From contig JBEARB010000067.1 in the NCBI GenBank assembly GCA_041163625.1, positions 426-64,425 of the forward strand: a DNA stretch of 64,000 nt, in the 5' to 3' direction. The notes under the pieces are model-generated. The model was not told where the DNA came from, did not search any database, and saw only the letters and a list, made by a program, of their open reading frames with translations. Each line of letters opens with the position of its first letter. Positions within the stretch are counted from its first letter, which is position 1. The position numbers and the translations under genes were made by a program. Below, one piece after another: positions 19,266 to 29,558 of the stretch. Source of the DNA: Pseudomonadota bacterium. Lineage in GTDB: Bacteria > Myxococcota_A > UBA9042.

Positions 19266-20117
19266 ATGCTCAAGCTGGTGTTGCCCAAGGGGCGGATCTT
19301 CGCCCGTGTCTCTGCGTTGCTCGGTGATTGCGGGCTGGACATCCACGTCCCGGATCGCGCCTACCGACCGACCTGCCGCGACGACCGGCTGCAGGTCAAG
19401 ATCATGAAGGCGCAGAACATCCCGACGCTCATCGAACTCGGCAGCCACGATATCGGCATCACCGGCCACGATTGGGTGCAGGAGACCGGCGCGGGCGTCG
19501 AGGTGCTGCTCGACCTCGGCTTCGATCCGGTGCGGATCGTCGCTGCCGCCCCGCGCGGGCTGGATCTGCGGGCGCTGGCGGCGGAGCGGCCCCTGCGCGT
19601 GGCGACCGAATACGAGGCACTCACCGAGCGCTGGCTGGAGGCGCAGGGGCTGCCGGCGCGGATCATCCGCAGTTACGGTGCCACCGAGGTCTTTCCGCCG
19701 GAGGACGCCGACCTCATCGTCGACAACACCGCCACCGGCACGACGTTGCGCGAGAACGGCCTGGAGATCCTCGACACGCTGCTGCGGAGCACCACACAGG
19801 TGGTGGCGTCGCCGGCGGCGCTGGCAGACCCGGAGCGCCGGCGTGTCATCGACGAGATCTTGCTGCTGATGCGGGCGGTGCTCGACGGCCGCGACCGCGT
19901 CCTGCTCGAGATGAACATCCCGGCCGACCGGCTCGAGCAGCTGATCGCCACGCTGCCGGCGATGAAGTCGCCGACCGTGGCGCAGCTCTGGGGCGAGCAG
20001 GGTTACGCGGTCAAGGCCGCGGTGCCGCGGACCGACGTGGCGCGGCTGTTGCCCGAGCTCCGACGCCTCGGCGCGACCGACATCCTCGAGACCTCGATCC
20101 GCAAGGTGATGGCCTAG
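19266..20117 (+). CDS. hisG: ATP phosphoribosyltransferase, long form with the C-terminal regulatory domain.
   Basis: The sequence MLKLVLPKGRIF...LIVDNTATGTTLRENGLEI... matches HisG. An RBS GGAGAGGAG lies upstream of ATG 19266. Confidence 0.9.
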   Translation: MLKLVLPKGRIFARVSALLGDCGLDIHVPDRAYRPTCRDDRLQVKIMKAQNIPTLIELGSHDIGITGHDWVQETGAGVEVLLDLGFDPVRIVAAAPRGLDLRALAAERPLRVATEYEALTERWLEAQGLPARIIRSYGATEVFPPEDADLIVDNTATGTTLRENGLEILDTLLRSTTQVVASPAALADPERRRVIDEILLLMRAVLDGRDRVLLEMNIPADRLEQLIATLPAMKSPTVAQLWGEQGYAVKAAVPRTDVARLLPELRRLGATDILETSIRKVMA

Positions 20118-20143
20118 GCCGCGGCGGCCGACTCGGAGGACGC

Positions 20144-21982
20144 ATGTCGCTCGTGCCGCTGCTCGACGTCGATGGCGTCATCGCCTACGTGCCGCCGGAC
20201 TTGGACCGCACGGCGTTCCTGCGCCTGGACGTCAACGAAGATCCGCGTGGCGCGCCCGCTCACGTCGTGCAGGCGTTGCAGCGCGAGCTGACGCCGCACG
20301 CGCTCGCCACCTACCCGGCCTACGGCGCCCTGCGTGCGGCGGCGGCGGCGGCGGCGGGCGTCGCGCCCGACCAGGTTTTGCTCTGCAACGGCGGTGATCA
20401 GGGGCTCGAGGCGATCTTGCGCCTGTACCTGCCTGCCGGTCGGGCGCTCGTCACCCATGCGCCCGGCTTCGACATGTTTCCGCTCTGGGGCCGGCTGCAC
20501 CACGCTGTCGTCATCGGGGTGCCGCTGGCCGCACTGGGTCCTGCGCACCTCGACTTCGACGCCGACGCCTTCCTCGCCGCCATCGACGCCGCCATTGCCG
20601 GGCCCGGGCTCGGCGCCGTCGCGCTGGTCACGCCGAACAACCCGACCGGTAGCATCGTGCCGCGCGCGGCGACGCTGCAGGTGCTCGAGCGGGTGGCGGC
20701 GCTGCCGACGCCGTGCCCGGTCATCGTCGACGAGACCTACGTCGACTTCGGCGGCGAGAGCGTGGTCGATTGGCTCGACCGTTTCCCGTTCCTCTTCGTG
20801 CAGCGCTCGCTCAGCAAATCGGCCGGATTGGCGGGCTTGCGGCTGGGGTGGGTGCTCGGCCATCCGACGGAGATCGTCCGGCTGGAGCGGGCGCTGGAGC
20901 CCTTCCGCGTCAACCGCGCCGCCGTGGTCGCCGGGCTCGCCGCGCTCGAGGGGGCGGAAGGCGGCCGACCCGCGCCGTGGCTGCAGGAACGCGTCGCCGA
21001 GATCCGCGCCGCACGTAGCCGGTTGGCCGAGGGCCTGCAGGCGCTCGGCTTGGCGGTCGGGGCGCGCGAAGCCAACTTCCTGCTCGTTCACGTCGGGCAG
21101 CGCCACGCGGCGTTCTGCGACACGATGCAGGCGCAGGGCATCTTGGTCCGCGACCGCGACGGTAAGCATCCGCTCCTGGCGGGCTGCGTGCGCATCGGCG
21201 TCGGCAGCCTGGAGCAGGTCGAGCGCACGCTGTGCGCCGCCCGCGTCGCGCTCGCCGAGCCGCCGGCGCTCGACGCGCTGATCCTCGACATGGACGGCAC
21301 GCTCGTCGACGTCAGTGGCTCGTGTCGGCGCGCCATCGTCGAGACGGTGCGCGGCCTGCTCGCCGAGGCCGGCATCGACGTGGTCGCCGACGACGCCATG
21401 GTCGACGCCTTCAAGGCGCGCGGCGGCCTGAACAACGATTGGGATTGCGCCGACGCCATGCTCCGCGAGCACGGCGTGCAGGTCCCCTACGACGCCATCG
21501 TCGCGCGCCACCAGGCCGCCTACCGCGGCACCGATTGGGACGGGTTCATCGCCGACGAGCGCTGGCTCTGCGACGCCGCGCTGGTCGATGCCGCCGCTGC
21601 GCGCTATCGGCTCGGGCTGGTCACAGGCCGTCCGACCGAGGAGGCACGGTTCACCCTGCGCCGCGACGACGCGCCCTTCCGGGCCGAGCGCGGCTCCGCG
21701 ATGGAGGTCGTGGTGGGGATGGACGACACCGACGCCGGCAAGCCCGATCCCGCGGGCATTTTGCTGGCCTGCCGGCAGATGGGGCTGGATCCGACGCGGG
21801 TGGCGTACGTCGGCGACGCGGTCGACGACATGCGCGCGGCGCGCGCGGCCGGGGCCTTCGCCATTGGCGTATTGGCGCCGGGGCGGGGATGGAATTCGGG
21901 CTGGCCGGAGCGGCTGGCCGCGGCGGGTGCGCACATCGTGGCGCGCGACGTGCAGGAGGCGGTGCGATGGCTGACGCGATGA
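20144..21982 (+). CDS. hisC: Histidinol-phosphate aminotransferase fused to a C-terminal HAD-superfamily (subfamily IA) phosphatase domain, a putative histidinol-phosphate phosphatase.
   Basis: The HisC fold-type I aminotransferase motifs are present (VTPNNPTG, SLSKSAGLAGLRLGW). All four HAD motifs follow: DMDGTLVD, VTGRPT, GKPDP and GDAVDDM. Confidence 0.85.
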   Translation: MSLVPLLDVDGVIAYVPPDLDRTAFLRLDVNEDPRGAPAHVVQALQRELTPHALATYPAYGALRAAAAAAAGVAPDQVLLCNGGDQGLEAILRLYLPAGRALVTHAPGFDMFPLWGRLHHAVVIGVPLAALGPAHLDFDADAFLAAIDAAIAGPGLGAVALVTPNNPTGSIVPRAATLQVLERVAALPTPCPVIVDETYVDFGGESVVDWLDRFPFLFVQRSLSKSAGLAGLRLGWVLGHPTEIVRLERALEPFRVNRAAVVAGLAALEGAEGGRPAPWLQERVAEIRAARSRLAEGLQALGLAVGAREANFLLVHVGQRHAAFCDTMQAQGILVRDRDGKHPLLAGCVRIGVGSLEQVERTLCAARVALAEPPALDALILDMDGTLVDVSGSCRRAIVETVRGLLAEAGIDVVADDAMVDAFKARGGLNNDWDCADAMLREHGVQVPYDAIVARHQAAYRGTDWDGFIADERWLCDAALVDAAAARYRLGLVTGRPTEEARFTLRRDDAPFRAERGSAMEVVVGMDDTDAGKPDPAGILLACRQMGLDPTRVAYVGDAVDDMRAARAAGAFAIGVLAPGRGWNSGWPERLAAAGAHIVARDVQEAVRWLTR

Positions 21983-22755
21983 GTGGGACCTCCGGGGCTC
22001 CCGAGACCTTCGGGCGGCTGGAGCAGCCGGGCCCGCGTTCGGCCTACGTCGAGCGGATGACGCGCGAGACGCAGATCCGCTGCGAGGTCGATCTGGACGG
22101 CGTCGGCCGCTCGACGGTGCAGACGCCGATCGGCTTCCTGACGCACATGCTCGAGGCGTTCGCGCGGCACGCCCACGTCGACCTGCGCATCGCGGTGGCC
22201 GGCGACCTCGAGGTCGACCAGCACCACACCGTCGAAGACACCGGCCTGGTCCTCGGCGAGGCGTTGCGCAAGGCGCTCGGCGACCGTCGCGGCATCTGGC
22301 GCACGGCGAGCGTCGAATTCCCGATGGACGAGACGCGTGCCGCCTGCGCGGTCGACCTCTCCGGCCGGCCCTTCCTCGTCTTCGAGGCGAACTTCCAGCG
22401 CGATTTCATCGGCCAACTCGCCAGCGATCTGATCGTCGAGTTCTTCGCGGCGTTGACCAACAGCCTCGCGGCGAACCTGCACCTGCGGCTCGCGTGTGGC
22501 GAGAACGATCACCACAAGGCCGAGGCGTTGTTCAAGGCGTTCGCCCGCGCGTTCGAGCTCGCCGCCTCGATCCACCCGCGCGCGCACGCCGAGATTCCCA
22601 GCACCAAGGGCGCGCTCGACAGCGTCGGCCAAGCGGTCGCAGGTGGCGGCGGTCACGCCCTGAGCGCTGCCGCGGCGGCCCCGGCCACGCCGCCAGGGAT
22701 GGTGCGGCCGTCCGCCGGTGGCTTCTCGCTCGACGACCTCGAGGACGCGCCATGA
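21967..22755 (+). CDS. hisB: Imidazoleglycerol-phosphate dehydratase, monofunctional, with no phosphatase domain.
   Basis: The IGPD motifs are present ([45 protein letters not shown]). It overlaps hisC by 16 nt. Confidence 0.9.
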   Translation: MADAMSGTSGAPETFGRLEQPGPRSAYVERMTRETQIRCEVDLDGVGRSTVQTPIGFLTHMLEAFARHAHVDLRIAVAGDLEVDQHHTVEDTGLVLGEALRKALGDRRGIWRTASVEFPMDETRAACAVDLSGRPFLVFEANFQRDFIGQLASDLIVEFFAALTNSLAANLHLRLACGENDHHKAEALFKAFARAFELAASIHPRAHAEIPSTKGALDSVGQAVAGGGGHALSAAAAAPATPPGMVRPSAGGFSLDDLEDAP

Positions 22756-23390
22756 TCGCCATCGTCGACTACGGCGCCGGCAACGTGGAGAGCGTGCGCC
22801 GGGCCATCGCGCACGTCGGCGCGACCGCGACGCTGACCGACGATCCGGCGCAGCTGCAGCGCGCGGATCTGCTGGTTTTTCCGGGGCAGGGCCATTTCGG
22901 GCAGGCGATGGCGCGGCTGCGCGAACGCGGCCTGCAAGACGTGCTGCGGGCCCACATCGACGCCGGTCGCCCCTTCGTCGGCATCTGCCTCGGGCTGCAG
23001 CTGCTCTTCGAGCGCAGCGAGGAGGCGCCGGGCGTCGCGGGTCTCGGCGTCCTCGCCGGCGAGGTCCGCCGCTTCGCCGAGCGCGACGCCGATGGGGCGC
23101 GGGTGAAGATCCCGCAGATCGGCTGGAACGCGGTGCAGCGCGCGCGCGCCGGCACGCCGCTCGACGCCGTTCCGGACGGCACCAGCTTCTATTTCGTGCA
23201 CAGCTACCACGTCGTGCCCGACGACGACGCCGTGGTGGCAGGGCGCGCCACGCACGGCGGCCCCTTCGTCGCCGCGGTGCAGCGCGACAACGTCTTCGCC
23301 GCGCAGTTCCACCCCGAGAAGTCCGGCGAAGCGGGCCTGCGGCTGTGGTCGGCCATCCTCGAGGGCGGCTGGTGGGGGCGCGCATGCTGA
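22752..23390 (+). CDS. hisH: Imidazole glycerol phosphate synthase, glutamine amidotransferase subunit.
   Basis: The sequence [15 protein letters not shown]...GICLGLQLL...FHPEKS matches HisH. It has an ATGA overlap with hisB. Confidence 0.9.
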   Translation: MIAIVDYGAGNVESVRRAIAHVGATATLTDDPAQLQRADLLVFPGQGHFGQAMARLRERGLQDVLRAHIDAGRPFVGICLGLQLLFERSEEAPGVAGLGVLAGEVRRFAERDADGARVKIPQIGWNAVQRARAGTPLDAVPDGTSFYFVHSYHVVPDDDAVVAGRATHGGPFVAAVQRDNVFAAQFHPEKSGEAGLRLWSAILEGGWWGRAC

Positions 23391-24160
23391 GCCGTCGCTT
23401 GATCCCGTGCCTCGACGTCAAGGACGGGCGCGTCGTCAAAGGCGTCCAATTCCTCGGCCTCGCCGACGCCGGCGATCCGGTCGAGCTCGCCGCCCGCTAC
23501 GACGCCGAGGGCGCCGACGAGCTCTGCTTCCTCGACGTCACCGCCTCGGCCGACAAGCGCAGCACGCTCACGCAGCTCGTCGGCCGGGTGGCGCGCGAGC
23601 TCTTCATCCCGTTCACCGTCGGCGGCGGCATTCGCAGCCTCGACGACATGCGAGCGGTGCTCGAAGCCGGCGCCGACAAGGTCTCGGTCGGCACCGCCGC
23701 GCTGCGCGATCCGGCGCTGATCGAGCGGGCGGCGCGCGAATTCGGCAGCCAGTTCCTGGTCATCAGCCTCGACGTCGGCCGCCGCGCCGATGGCGCCCGC
23801 GTGCTCACCACCCACGGCGGACGCGAGCCGACCGACGTGCTGGTCCACGACTTCGCCCGCCGCATGGCCGACGCCGGCGCCGGCGAGCTGCTGCTCAACG
23901 ACATGGAGCGCGACGGCACCAAGGACGGCTTCGGCGTCGAGCTGCTCGCGAGCATCACGGCCGCGGTCGATATCCCCGTCATTGCCTCGGGCGGTGCCGG
24001 CACGGCCGCGCATTTCGTCGACGCGGTGGCGCACGGAGGGGCCGACGCCGTGCTCGCCGCCAGCGTTTTCCACTACGGCGAGCTCTCCATCGCCGAGGTC
24101 AAAGCGGCGATGGCCGCGGCCGGCATCCCGGTCCGCAAGCCCCTCGGAGGCACGGCGTGA
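23384..24160 (+). CDS. hisF: Imidazole glycerol phosphate synthase, cyclase subunit.
   Basis: The sequence [19 protein letters not shown]...VGGGIRS...IASGGAG matches HisF. It overlaps hisH by 7 nt. Confidence 0.9.
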   Translation: MLSRRLIPCLDVKDGRVVKGVQFLGLADAGDPVELAARYDAEGADELCFLDVTASADKRSTLTQLVGRVARELFIPFTVGGGIRSLDDMRAVLEAGADKVSVGTAALRDPALIERAAREFGSQFLVISLDVGRRADGARVLTTHGGREPTDVLVHDFARRMADAGAGELLLNDMERDGTKDGFGVELLASITAAVDIPVIASGGAGTAAHFVDAVAHGGADAVLAASVFHYGELSIAEVKAAMAAAGIPVRKPLGGTA

Positions 24161-25470
24161 TTCACCCCAGCATCGACATCCTCGGCGGTCGCGTGGTGCA
24201 GCTGCGCGGCGGCAACCCCGACGATTGCAAGGTCGCCATCGACGACGTCTTCGGCGTCGCCGAGCAATTCCATCGCCACGGTGAGCTCGCCGTCATCGAT
24301 CTGGACGCCGCCCTCGGTCGCGGCGACAACCTCGCGCTGATCGAGCAGCTCTGCGCTCGTTTCGACTGCCGTGTCGGCGGCGGCATCCGCGACCACGAGC
24401 GCGCCGATCGGCTGTTGCGAGCCGGCGCACGCAAGCTCATCGTCGGCACCCGCGCGACGCCCGAGTTCCTCGGCCGGTATCCCCGTGAGCGGATGATCGT
24501 GGCGCTCGACGCCAAGGCCGGCAAGGTCGTCGATCACGGCTGGACCCAGACCACCGGCGACAGCGTGCTCGACCGAGCGCGGGCGCTCGAGCCCTATTGC
24601 TCCGAGTTCCTCTACACGCTGGTCGATCGCGAGGGCAGCCTCTCGGGCATCGATCTCGACGCAGTGCGCGCGCTCGTCGAGGCGACCCGCAACGTCGTCG
24701 TCGCCGCGGGTGGCATCGCGGCGCTGCCCGAGGTCGTCGCGCTCGACCAGATGGGCGCCTCGTGCCAGCTCGGCATGAGCATCTACACCGGGACGATCAG
24801 CCTCACCGACGCCGTGCTGGCGATGCTCGATTGGTCCAAGCACGGCGGGCTGCTGCCGGTCGTGGTGCAGGACCAGGCCCGCCAGGTCGTGATGCACGCC
24901 TGGGTCGACCGTGAGGCGCTGGCGATGACGCTGGCGACCGGGGACGCGTGGTATTTCTCGCGCAGTCGACAGCGGCACTGGCGCAAGGGCGAGACCAGCG
25001 GCCACACGCAGAGGGTCGGCTCGGTGCGCTACGATTGCGACCGCGACACCTTGCTCTACCGCATCGAGCAGACCGGCCGCGCCTGCCACCTCGAGCACCA
25101 ATACGGCTGCTTCGGTGCCCGCGAATTCGACCTGCAGCGGCTCGAGGCGACGCTGCGTGATCGGCTCGCCGGCGTCCGCGACGGCAGCGCGCCCGCGGGC
25201 AGCTACAGCGCGCGCCTGCTCGCCGAGCCCGGGTTGGCCGAGGCGAAGATCCTCGAAGAAGCCGGCGAGCTCGCCGAAGCCGTCGAGCGCCGCGAGATCG
25301 TCTGGGAAGCCGCGGACGTGATCTTCTTCACGCTGGCCAAGCTGGTCCGCGAAGGCATCCCGCTCGCCGCCGTGCTGCGCGAGCTCGAGGGCCGGGAGGG
25401 CCGACGGCGCGCCGAGGGCGGCGGCATGGTGCGCGCCGACGACACTGGGGCGCAGGAGGCCGGGCGATGA
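24157..25470 (+). CDS. hisA: Triple-domain fusion of HisA (ProFAR isomerase), HisI (PR-AMP cyclohydrolase) and HisE (PR-ATP pyrophosphohydrolase).
   Basis: The GTG start overlaps the hisF TGA (GTGA). The HisA barrel is recognisable ([15 protein letters not shown]...GGGIR). The HisI portion follows ([39 protein letters not shown]), then the HisE portion ([24 protein letters not shown]...[10 protein letters not shown]). Confidence 0.85.
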   Translation: MIHPSIDILGGRVVQLRGGNPDDCKVAIDDVFGVAEQFHRHGELAVIDLDAALGRGDNLALIEQLCARFDCRVGGGIRDHERADRLLRAGARKLIVGTRATPEFLGRYPRERMIVALDAKAGKVVDHGWTQTTGDSVLDRARALEPYCSEFLYTLVDREGSLSGIDLDAVRALVEATRNVVVAAGGIAALPEVVALDQMGASCQLGMSIYTGTISLTDAVLAMLDWSKHGGLLPVVVQDQARQVVMHAWVDREALAMTLATGDAWYFSRSRQRHWRKGETSGHTQRVGSVRYDCDRDTLLYRIEQTGRACHLEHQYGCFGAREFDLQRLEATLRDRLAGVRDGSAPAGSYSARLLAEPGLAEAKILEEAGELAEAVERREIVWEAADVIFFTLAKLVREGIPLAAVLRELEGREGRRRAEGGGMVRADDTGAQEAGR

Positions 25471-26696
25471 GCGGGATGGCGGGGCAGGGCGCCGATCCAC
25501 AGGCGGTCGCGGCGCTGTTGGCGGAGATCCAATCCGGCGGTGACGCGGCCGTGCGGCGGCTCTCGGAGCGCTTCGACGGGGCTGCGCCGGCGCTGCTGCA
25601 GGTGCCGGCAGCCGCGCTGGACGCCGCGGTCGCGGGCCTCGACCCCGACGACCGGGCAGCGCTCGAGCGCGCCCATCGCAATATCCGTCGCGTCGCAGAG
25701 GCGCAACGCGACGCGCTCGGTGGCTTCCGGGTCGAGGTCGAGCCCGGCGTCGTGGTCGGCCAGCGCGTGCTGCCGATCGAGCGCGTGGCCTGCTACATCC
25801 CCGCCGGGCGGCATCCGCTGCCTTCGACCGTGCTGATGACGGTCACGCCGGCCAAGGTCGCCGGCTGCCCCTTCGTCGCGGTCTTCAGCCCGCCGCGAAC
25901 CGCCGGTGCGCCGCATCCGGCCATCCTCGCCGCCGCGCGCATCGCCGGGGCCGACGCGGTCTTCGCCATCGGCGGGGTGCAAGCGGTCGGGGCCGCCGCC
26001 TTCGGCACCGAGTCGGTGCCGCGCTGCGATCTGCTGGTCGGGCCCGGCAACGCCTGGGTCACCGAGGCCAAGCGGCAGGTCTACGGCCGCATCGGCATCG
26101 ACGGCGTGGCCGGTCCCTCCGAGGTCCTGGTCCTGGCCGACGCGAGCGCCGATCCGGCCCGCGTCGCGGCCGACCTGCTCGCCCAAGCCGAGCACGACGT
26201 CGATGCCCGTGCGCTGCTCGCCACCACCGACGCGACCCTGCCGGCGCGGGTCGAGGCCGCGTTGGACGCGCAGCTCGCGACGCTGCCGACGGCGGAGACC
26301 GCCCGCGCGGCGCTCGCCGCATCGGGCGCCGCCGTGGTCGTCGCGGACCGAGATGCCCTGCGCCGCCTCGCCGACGAAAAGGCCCCCGAGCACCTGCACC
26401 TGCACCTGCAGGACGCGGCGGCGTTCTCGGCCGAGGTCCGCGCCTACGGAGCGGTCTTCGTCGGCGAGCACGCGGCCGAGGTCTTCGGCGACTATTGCGC
26501 CGGCAGCAACCACGTCCTGCCGACGGCGGGCGCGGCGCGCTTCACCGGTGGACTCTCGGTGGCGACGTATTGTCGTTTGGTGGCGTTCCAGGAGATGGAC
26601 GCGGCGGGCGCTGCGGGACTCGCCCCAGTGGCGGCGCGGCTCGGGCGACTCGAAGGCCTCGAAGCCCACGCGCGCGCAGCCGAGGCGCGAAGCTAG
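25467..26696 (+). CDS. hisD: Histidinol dehydrogenase.
   Basis: The motifs CYIPAGRHPLPSTVLMTVTPAKVAG and QAEHDVDARALLATTD are typical of HisD. It has an ATGA overlap with the previous gene. Confidence 0.9.
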   Translation: MSGMAGQGADPQAVAALLAEIQSGGDAAVRRLSERFDGAAPALLQVPAAALDAAVAGLDPDDRAALERAHRNIRRVAEAQRDALGGFRVEVEPGVVVGQRVLPIERVACYIPAGRHPLPSTVLMTVTPAKVAGCPFVAVFSPPRTAGAPHPAILAAARIAGADAVFAIGGVQAVGAAAFGTESVPRCDLLVGPGNAWVTEAKRQVYGRIGIDGVAGPSEVLVLADASADPARVAADLLAQAEHDVDARALLATTDATLPARVEAALDAQLATLPTAETARAALAASGAAVVVADRDALRRLADEKAPEHLHLHLQDAAAFSAEVRAYGAVFVGEHAAEVFGDYCAGSNHVLPTAGAARFTGGLSVATYCRLVAFQEMDAAGAAGLAPVAARLGRLEGLEAHARAAEARS

Positions 26697-27799
26697 TCGT
26701 TGCGCTGGTCGCCGACCGGCTCGACGGGCGGCGGATCGTCGTATTGGTCCTTGATCGCCGAGACGTCGTCGATGTGATTCCAGAACACGTCGAAGAGATT
26801 CGGATCGAAGTGCTTGCCGCGGCCCTCGAGCATGATCGCGCGCGACTTCTCGAGGCTGAAGGCCGGCTTGTAGCAGCGGGCGGACGTCAGCGCGTCGAAG
26901 ACGTCACAGAGCGCGACGATCCGGCCTTCGAGCGGGATGTCCTCGCCACGTAGGCCGCGCGGGTAGCCCGAGCCGTCCCATTTCTCGTGGTGCGTCCAAG
27001 CGATCTCGGCCGCGAGCTGGAGCATCTCCGAGTTGCTGCCGTGCAGGATGCGGTAGCCGATCTCGGCATGCCGCTTCATCACCTCGAATTCCTCGGGGCT
27101 GAGCTTGCCGCGCTTCATCAGGATCGAGTCGGGGGTGCCGATCTTGCCGATATCGTGCATCGGGCTGGCGATGCGGATCTGTTCGGCGCGCTCCTCCCCG
27201 AGTCCGACGTGGCGGGCGAGCAGTTCGCTGTACAGGCTCATCCGGCGGATGTGGAACGCGGTCTCGTCGCTGCGGAACTCGGCGGCGAGGGCGAGCCGCT
27301 GGATCGTCTCTTCGCGGCTGCCGTTGAGCTCGTCGCGGATCTCCTCGAGGTCTCGGATGGTCTTCTCGAGCGCGACCGTCCGGTCCGCCACCAGCTGCTC
27401 GAGGTGGGTGCGGTGGTTGCGGTTCTCGATCTCGAGGGTGCGGCGCCGCAGCGCGTTGGCCACGTTGATCAAGACTTCGTTGGTCTCGAAGGGCTTGATG
27501 ATGTAGCCGTAGGCGCCGATATCGAGCGCCGTCTCGGCGATCTCGGGGTCGTCGACACCGGTGACCATCACAGCCGCCGTATCGGGGTGCTGCGCGAGGA
27601 CGTGCCGGACCAAGTCGATGCCGCTCTCGCCCGGCATGTTCACGTCCGAGAGCACGAGTTCGAAGGACTGCTCGGCGAGGAGCGCGCGCGCCCGGGCAGC
27701 CGATTCGGCGATTGTCGTGTCGAAGCCTTGTCGCTTGAGCAGCCGCGCGAGCATACGACGGATCAACTCTTCGTCGTCTACGATCAGGATGCGGGTCAT
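26693..27799 (-). CDS. Response regulator with REC and HD-GYP (c-di-GMP phosphodiesterase-type) domains.
   Basis: ATG at M28 gives the N-terminus MTRILIVDDEE. The phospho-Asp lies in ELVLSDVNMP. The HD-GYP motifs are HDIGKIGTPD and HHEKWDGSGYPRGL. Its stop shares the palindrome CTAG with the hisD stop. Confidence 0.85.
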   Translation of the reverse strand: MTRILIVDDEELIRRMLARLLKRQGFDTTIAESAARARALLAEQSFELVLSDVNMPGESGIDLVRHVLAQHPDTAAVMVTGVDDPEIAETALDIGAYGYIIKPFETNEVLINVANALRRRTLEIENRNHRTHLEQLVADRTVALEKTIRDLEEIRDELNGSREETIQRLALAAEFRSDETAFHIRRMSLYSELLARHVGLGEERAEQIRIASPMHDIGKIGTPDSILMKRGKLSPEEFEVMKRHAEIGYRILHGSNSEMLQLAAEIAWTHHEKWDGSGYPRGLRGEDIPLEGRIVALCDVFDALTSARCYKPAFSLEKSRAIMLEGRGKHFDPNLFDVFWNHIDDVSAIKDQYDDPPPVEPVGDQRND

Positions 27800-27987
27800 G
27801 CGGGCTCCGGGGGGCCGCGCAGCGCGGCGAGAGCCTAGAATGCGGCGGCTGTGAACGGCATGCAAATCTCGCGCTCTCACGTCGACGTTCGGTGTCGGTT
27901 CGACGCCTCCGAGGGCGGGTCCGGGTTGTTCGGTGCCGGGCCATCGTCCATCCTTGCGACCGTTCGGCCCGCTACCGGAGGGAGCTC

Positions 27988-28929
27988 GTGAACGCCGCCA
28001 TCATCGATATCGGGAGCTCGTCGGCCGTCGTGCAGGTGGTGCGCGCGCAGGCCGGTCGGGTCCGCATCCTCGCGCGCGAGAAGGTGTCGCTGCGGCTCGG
28101 CGGGGCGCTCGGTGCCGACGGCGCGCTGCACGAAGAAGCCGTCGCTCGCACCGTGGCGACGCTGCGTCGATTCGCCGAGCTCGCCGCGACACACGAGGCA
28201 CCGGTTCTGGCGGTCGCCACCGAGGCGATGCGCCGAGCCCGCAACGCCGCTGACGTTTGCGCCGCAATCGAGGCCGACGCCGGGGTACGCCTCCAGGTCA
28301 TCGACGGTACGCAGGAGGCGGCGCTCGTCTTCGCCGGGCTGCGTCTCTCACGGCCGAACAATCCGCTGCTCGGCGTCGACCTCGGCGGCGGCTCGACCGA
28401 GCTGGTCTTCGGCGCCGGCGATCAGCTGGAGCGGGCGGTGAGCCTGCCGCTCGGTGCCGTCACGCTCACCGAGCGCGTCGGGCTCGGCGGGCCCGCGAGC
28501 GGCGCAGCGATCGCCGCTGCCGAGGCCGAGATCGCGGGCCACCTCGGCCCTGCTGCCGTCGATTTTGCCGGTCGCGTCGAGCGACTCGTGGGCGCTTCGG
28601 GAAGCGCGCAGCGCATCGGGCGTCTGGTGCTCGGCCGCGACGGGCGCCTGGGCGAGGACCTCGACGGGTTGCTGCTCACGCCGGCGGATCTGGACTGGGC
28701 CGTCCGCACCTTGGCGCCGCTGTCGCACGCCGACCGCCTCGCGCTGCCGGGCATGGATCCGGAGCGGGCCGATGTCCTGCTGGCGGGCGCGATGGTGCTG
28801 CGGGCGGTCGTCGCGAGCCTGCGCGCCTCCGCCCTGGAAGTGGCGCTCTCGGGCATCCGCGCCGGTCTCTCGGCGATGGCGCTCGGGCTGCTCCCGCTCG
28901 CGCCCGGCCTGCTGCCTCCGCGCCGTTGA
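27988..28929 (+). CDS. Ppx/GppA-family phosphatase (ASKHA fold); a short form without an HD domain.
   Basis: The sequence NAAIIDIGSSSAVVQVV...LGVDLGGGSTELV is typical of exopolyphosphatase/GppA N-domains. GTG 27988 is preferred over the upstream Arg-rich ATG 27892. Confidence 0.7.
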   Translation: MNAAIIDIGSSSAVVQVVRAQAGRVRILAREKVSLRLGGALGADGALHEEAVARTVATLRRFAELAATHEAPVLAVATEAMRRARNAADVCAAIEADAGVRLQVIDGTQEAALVFAGLRLSRPNNPLLGVDLGGGSTELVFGAGDQLERAVSLPLGAVTLTERVGLGGPASGAAIAAAEAEIAGHLGPAAVDFAGRVERLVGASGSAQRIGRLVLGRDGRLGEDLDGLLLTPADLDWAVRTLAPLSHADRLALPGMDPERADVLLAGAMVLRAVVASLRASALEVALSGIRAGLSAMALGLLPLAPGLLPPRR

Positions 28930-28992
28930 CGCGAGCGTCCGAGGGGGCTAGGACGTGGCCCCGAGTGCGGCGCGCCGCGAGGAGGAAATCCG

Positions 28993-29460
28993 ATGGACCG
29001 AGCCTATCTGAACTGGGACGAGACGGTGGTTCCCTATGGTGAGATTGCCGAGGCACGGCACCCGATGCTCGGCCAGAGCGGCTACTACTGCCTGGTCGGC
29101 GCGCAGCTCGACGTCGAGGCCGACCTGTACAAGGGCCTCGAGTTGCTCTTCGTCGGCAGCGCGCAAGACACGTCGCTGCGCAAGACGCTCGCAGAGGACC
29201 GGCCCGAGCACGCCGAAGCCCTCGCTCAGGCGACGGCGGCCGGCAAGACGGTGGTCGTGATGCTCGGCGAGCTCACCGAGACCAACCTCGGCCGCAAGAC
29301 CAAGGAATTCCTGACGGACGTCGAGATGTGCCTGGCCCTGCGCAACGCGCCCAAGGTCAGCCAGGTGCCCGAGGACTTCGTCGAGAGCCGCCACCTGAGC
29401 GTGGTGAACCGCGGCGACTTCGCGCCGCTGAACTGGCGCTCGCTGATGCGGCCCGCCTGA
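28993..29460 (+). CDS. Hypothetical cytoplasmic protein.
   Basis: A 155-aa ORF with very strong GC bias at third codon positions and a balanced amino-acid composition. I recognise no homolog. Confidence 0.55.
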   Translation: MDRAYLNWDETVVPYGEIAEARHPMLGQSGYYCLVGAQLDVEADLYKGLELLFVGSAQDTSLRKTLAEDRPEHAEALAQATAAGKTVVVMLGELTETNLGRKTKEFLTDVEMCLALRNAPKVSQVPEDFVESRHLSVVNRGDFAPLNWRSLMRPA

Positions 29461-29558
29461 AGCGCCCGCCGCCGAAGCGGTCCGGGCCCCCACGCTCCCG
29501 GGAGGACGCACCCGCCCGTCCGGCGCTCGACCGACTCGCCGCGGTCGTCGAGCGCTAC

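Noticed and set aside
23407-24156. The N-terminal 250 codons of the 687-aa ORF 23407..25470.
   Set aside because: This is an out-of-frame reading through hisF (Arg-rich). The real HisA begins at GTG 24157 with the hisF stop overlap.
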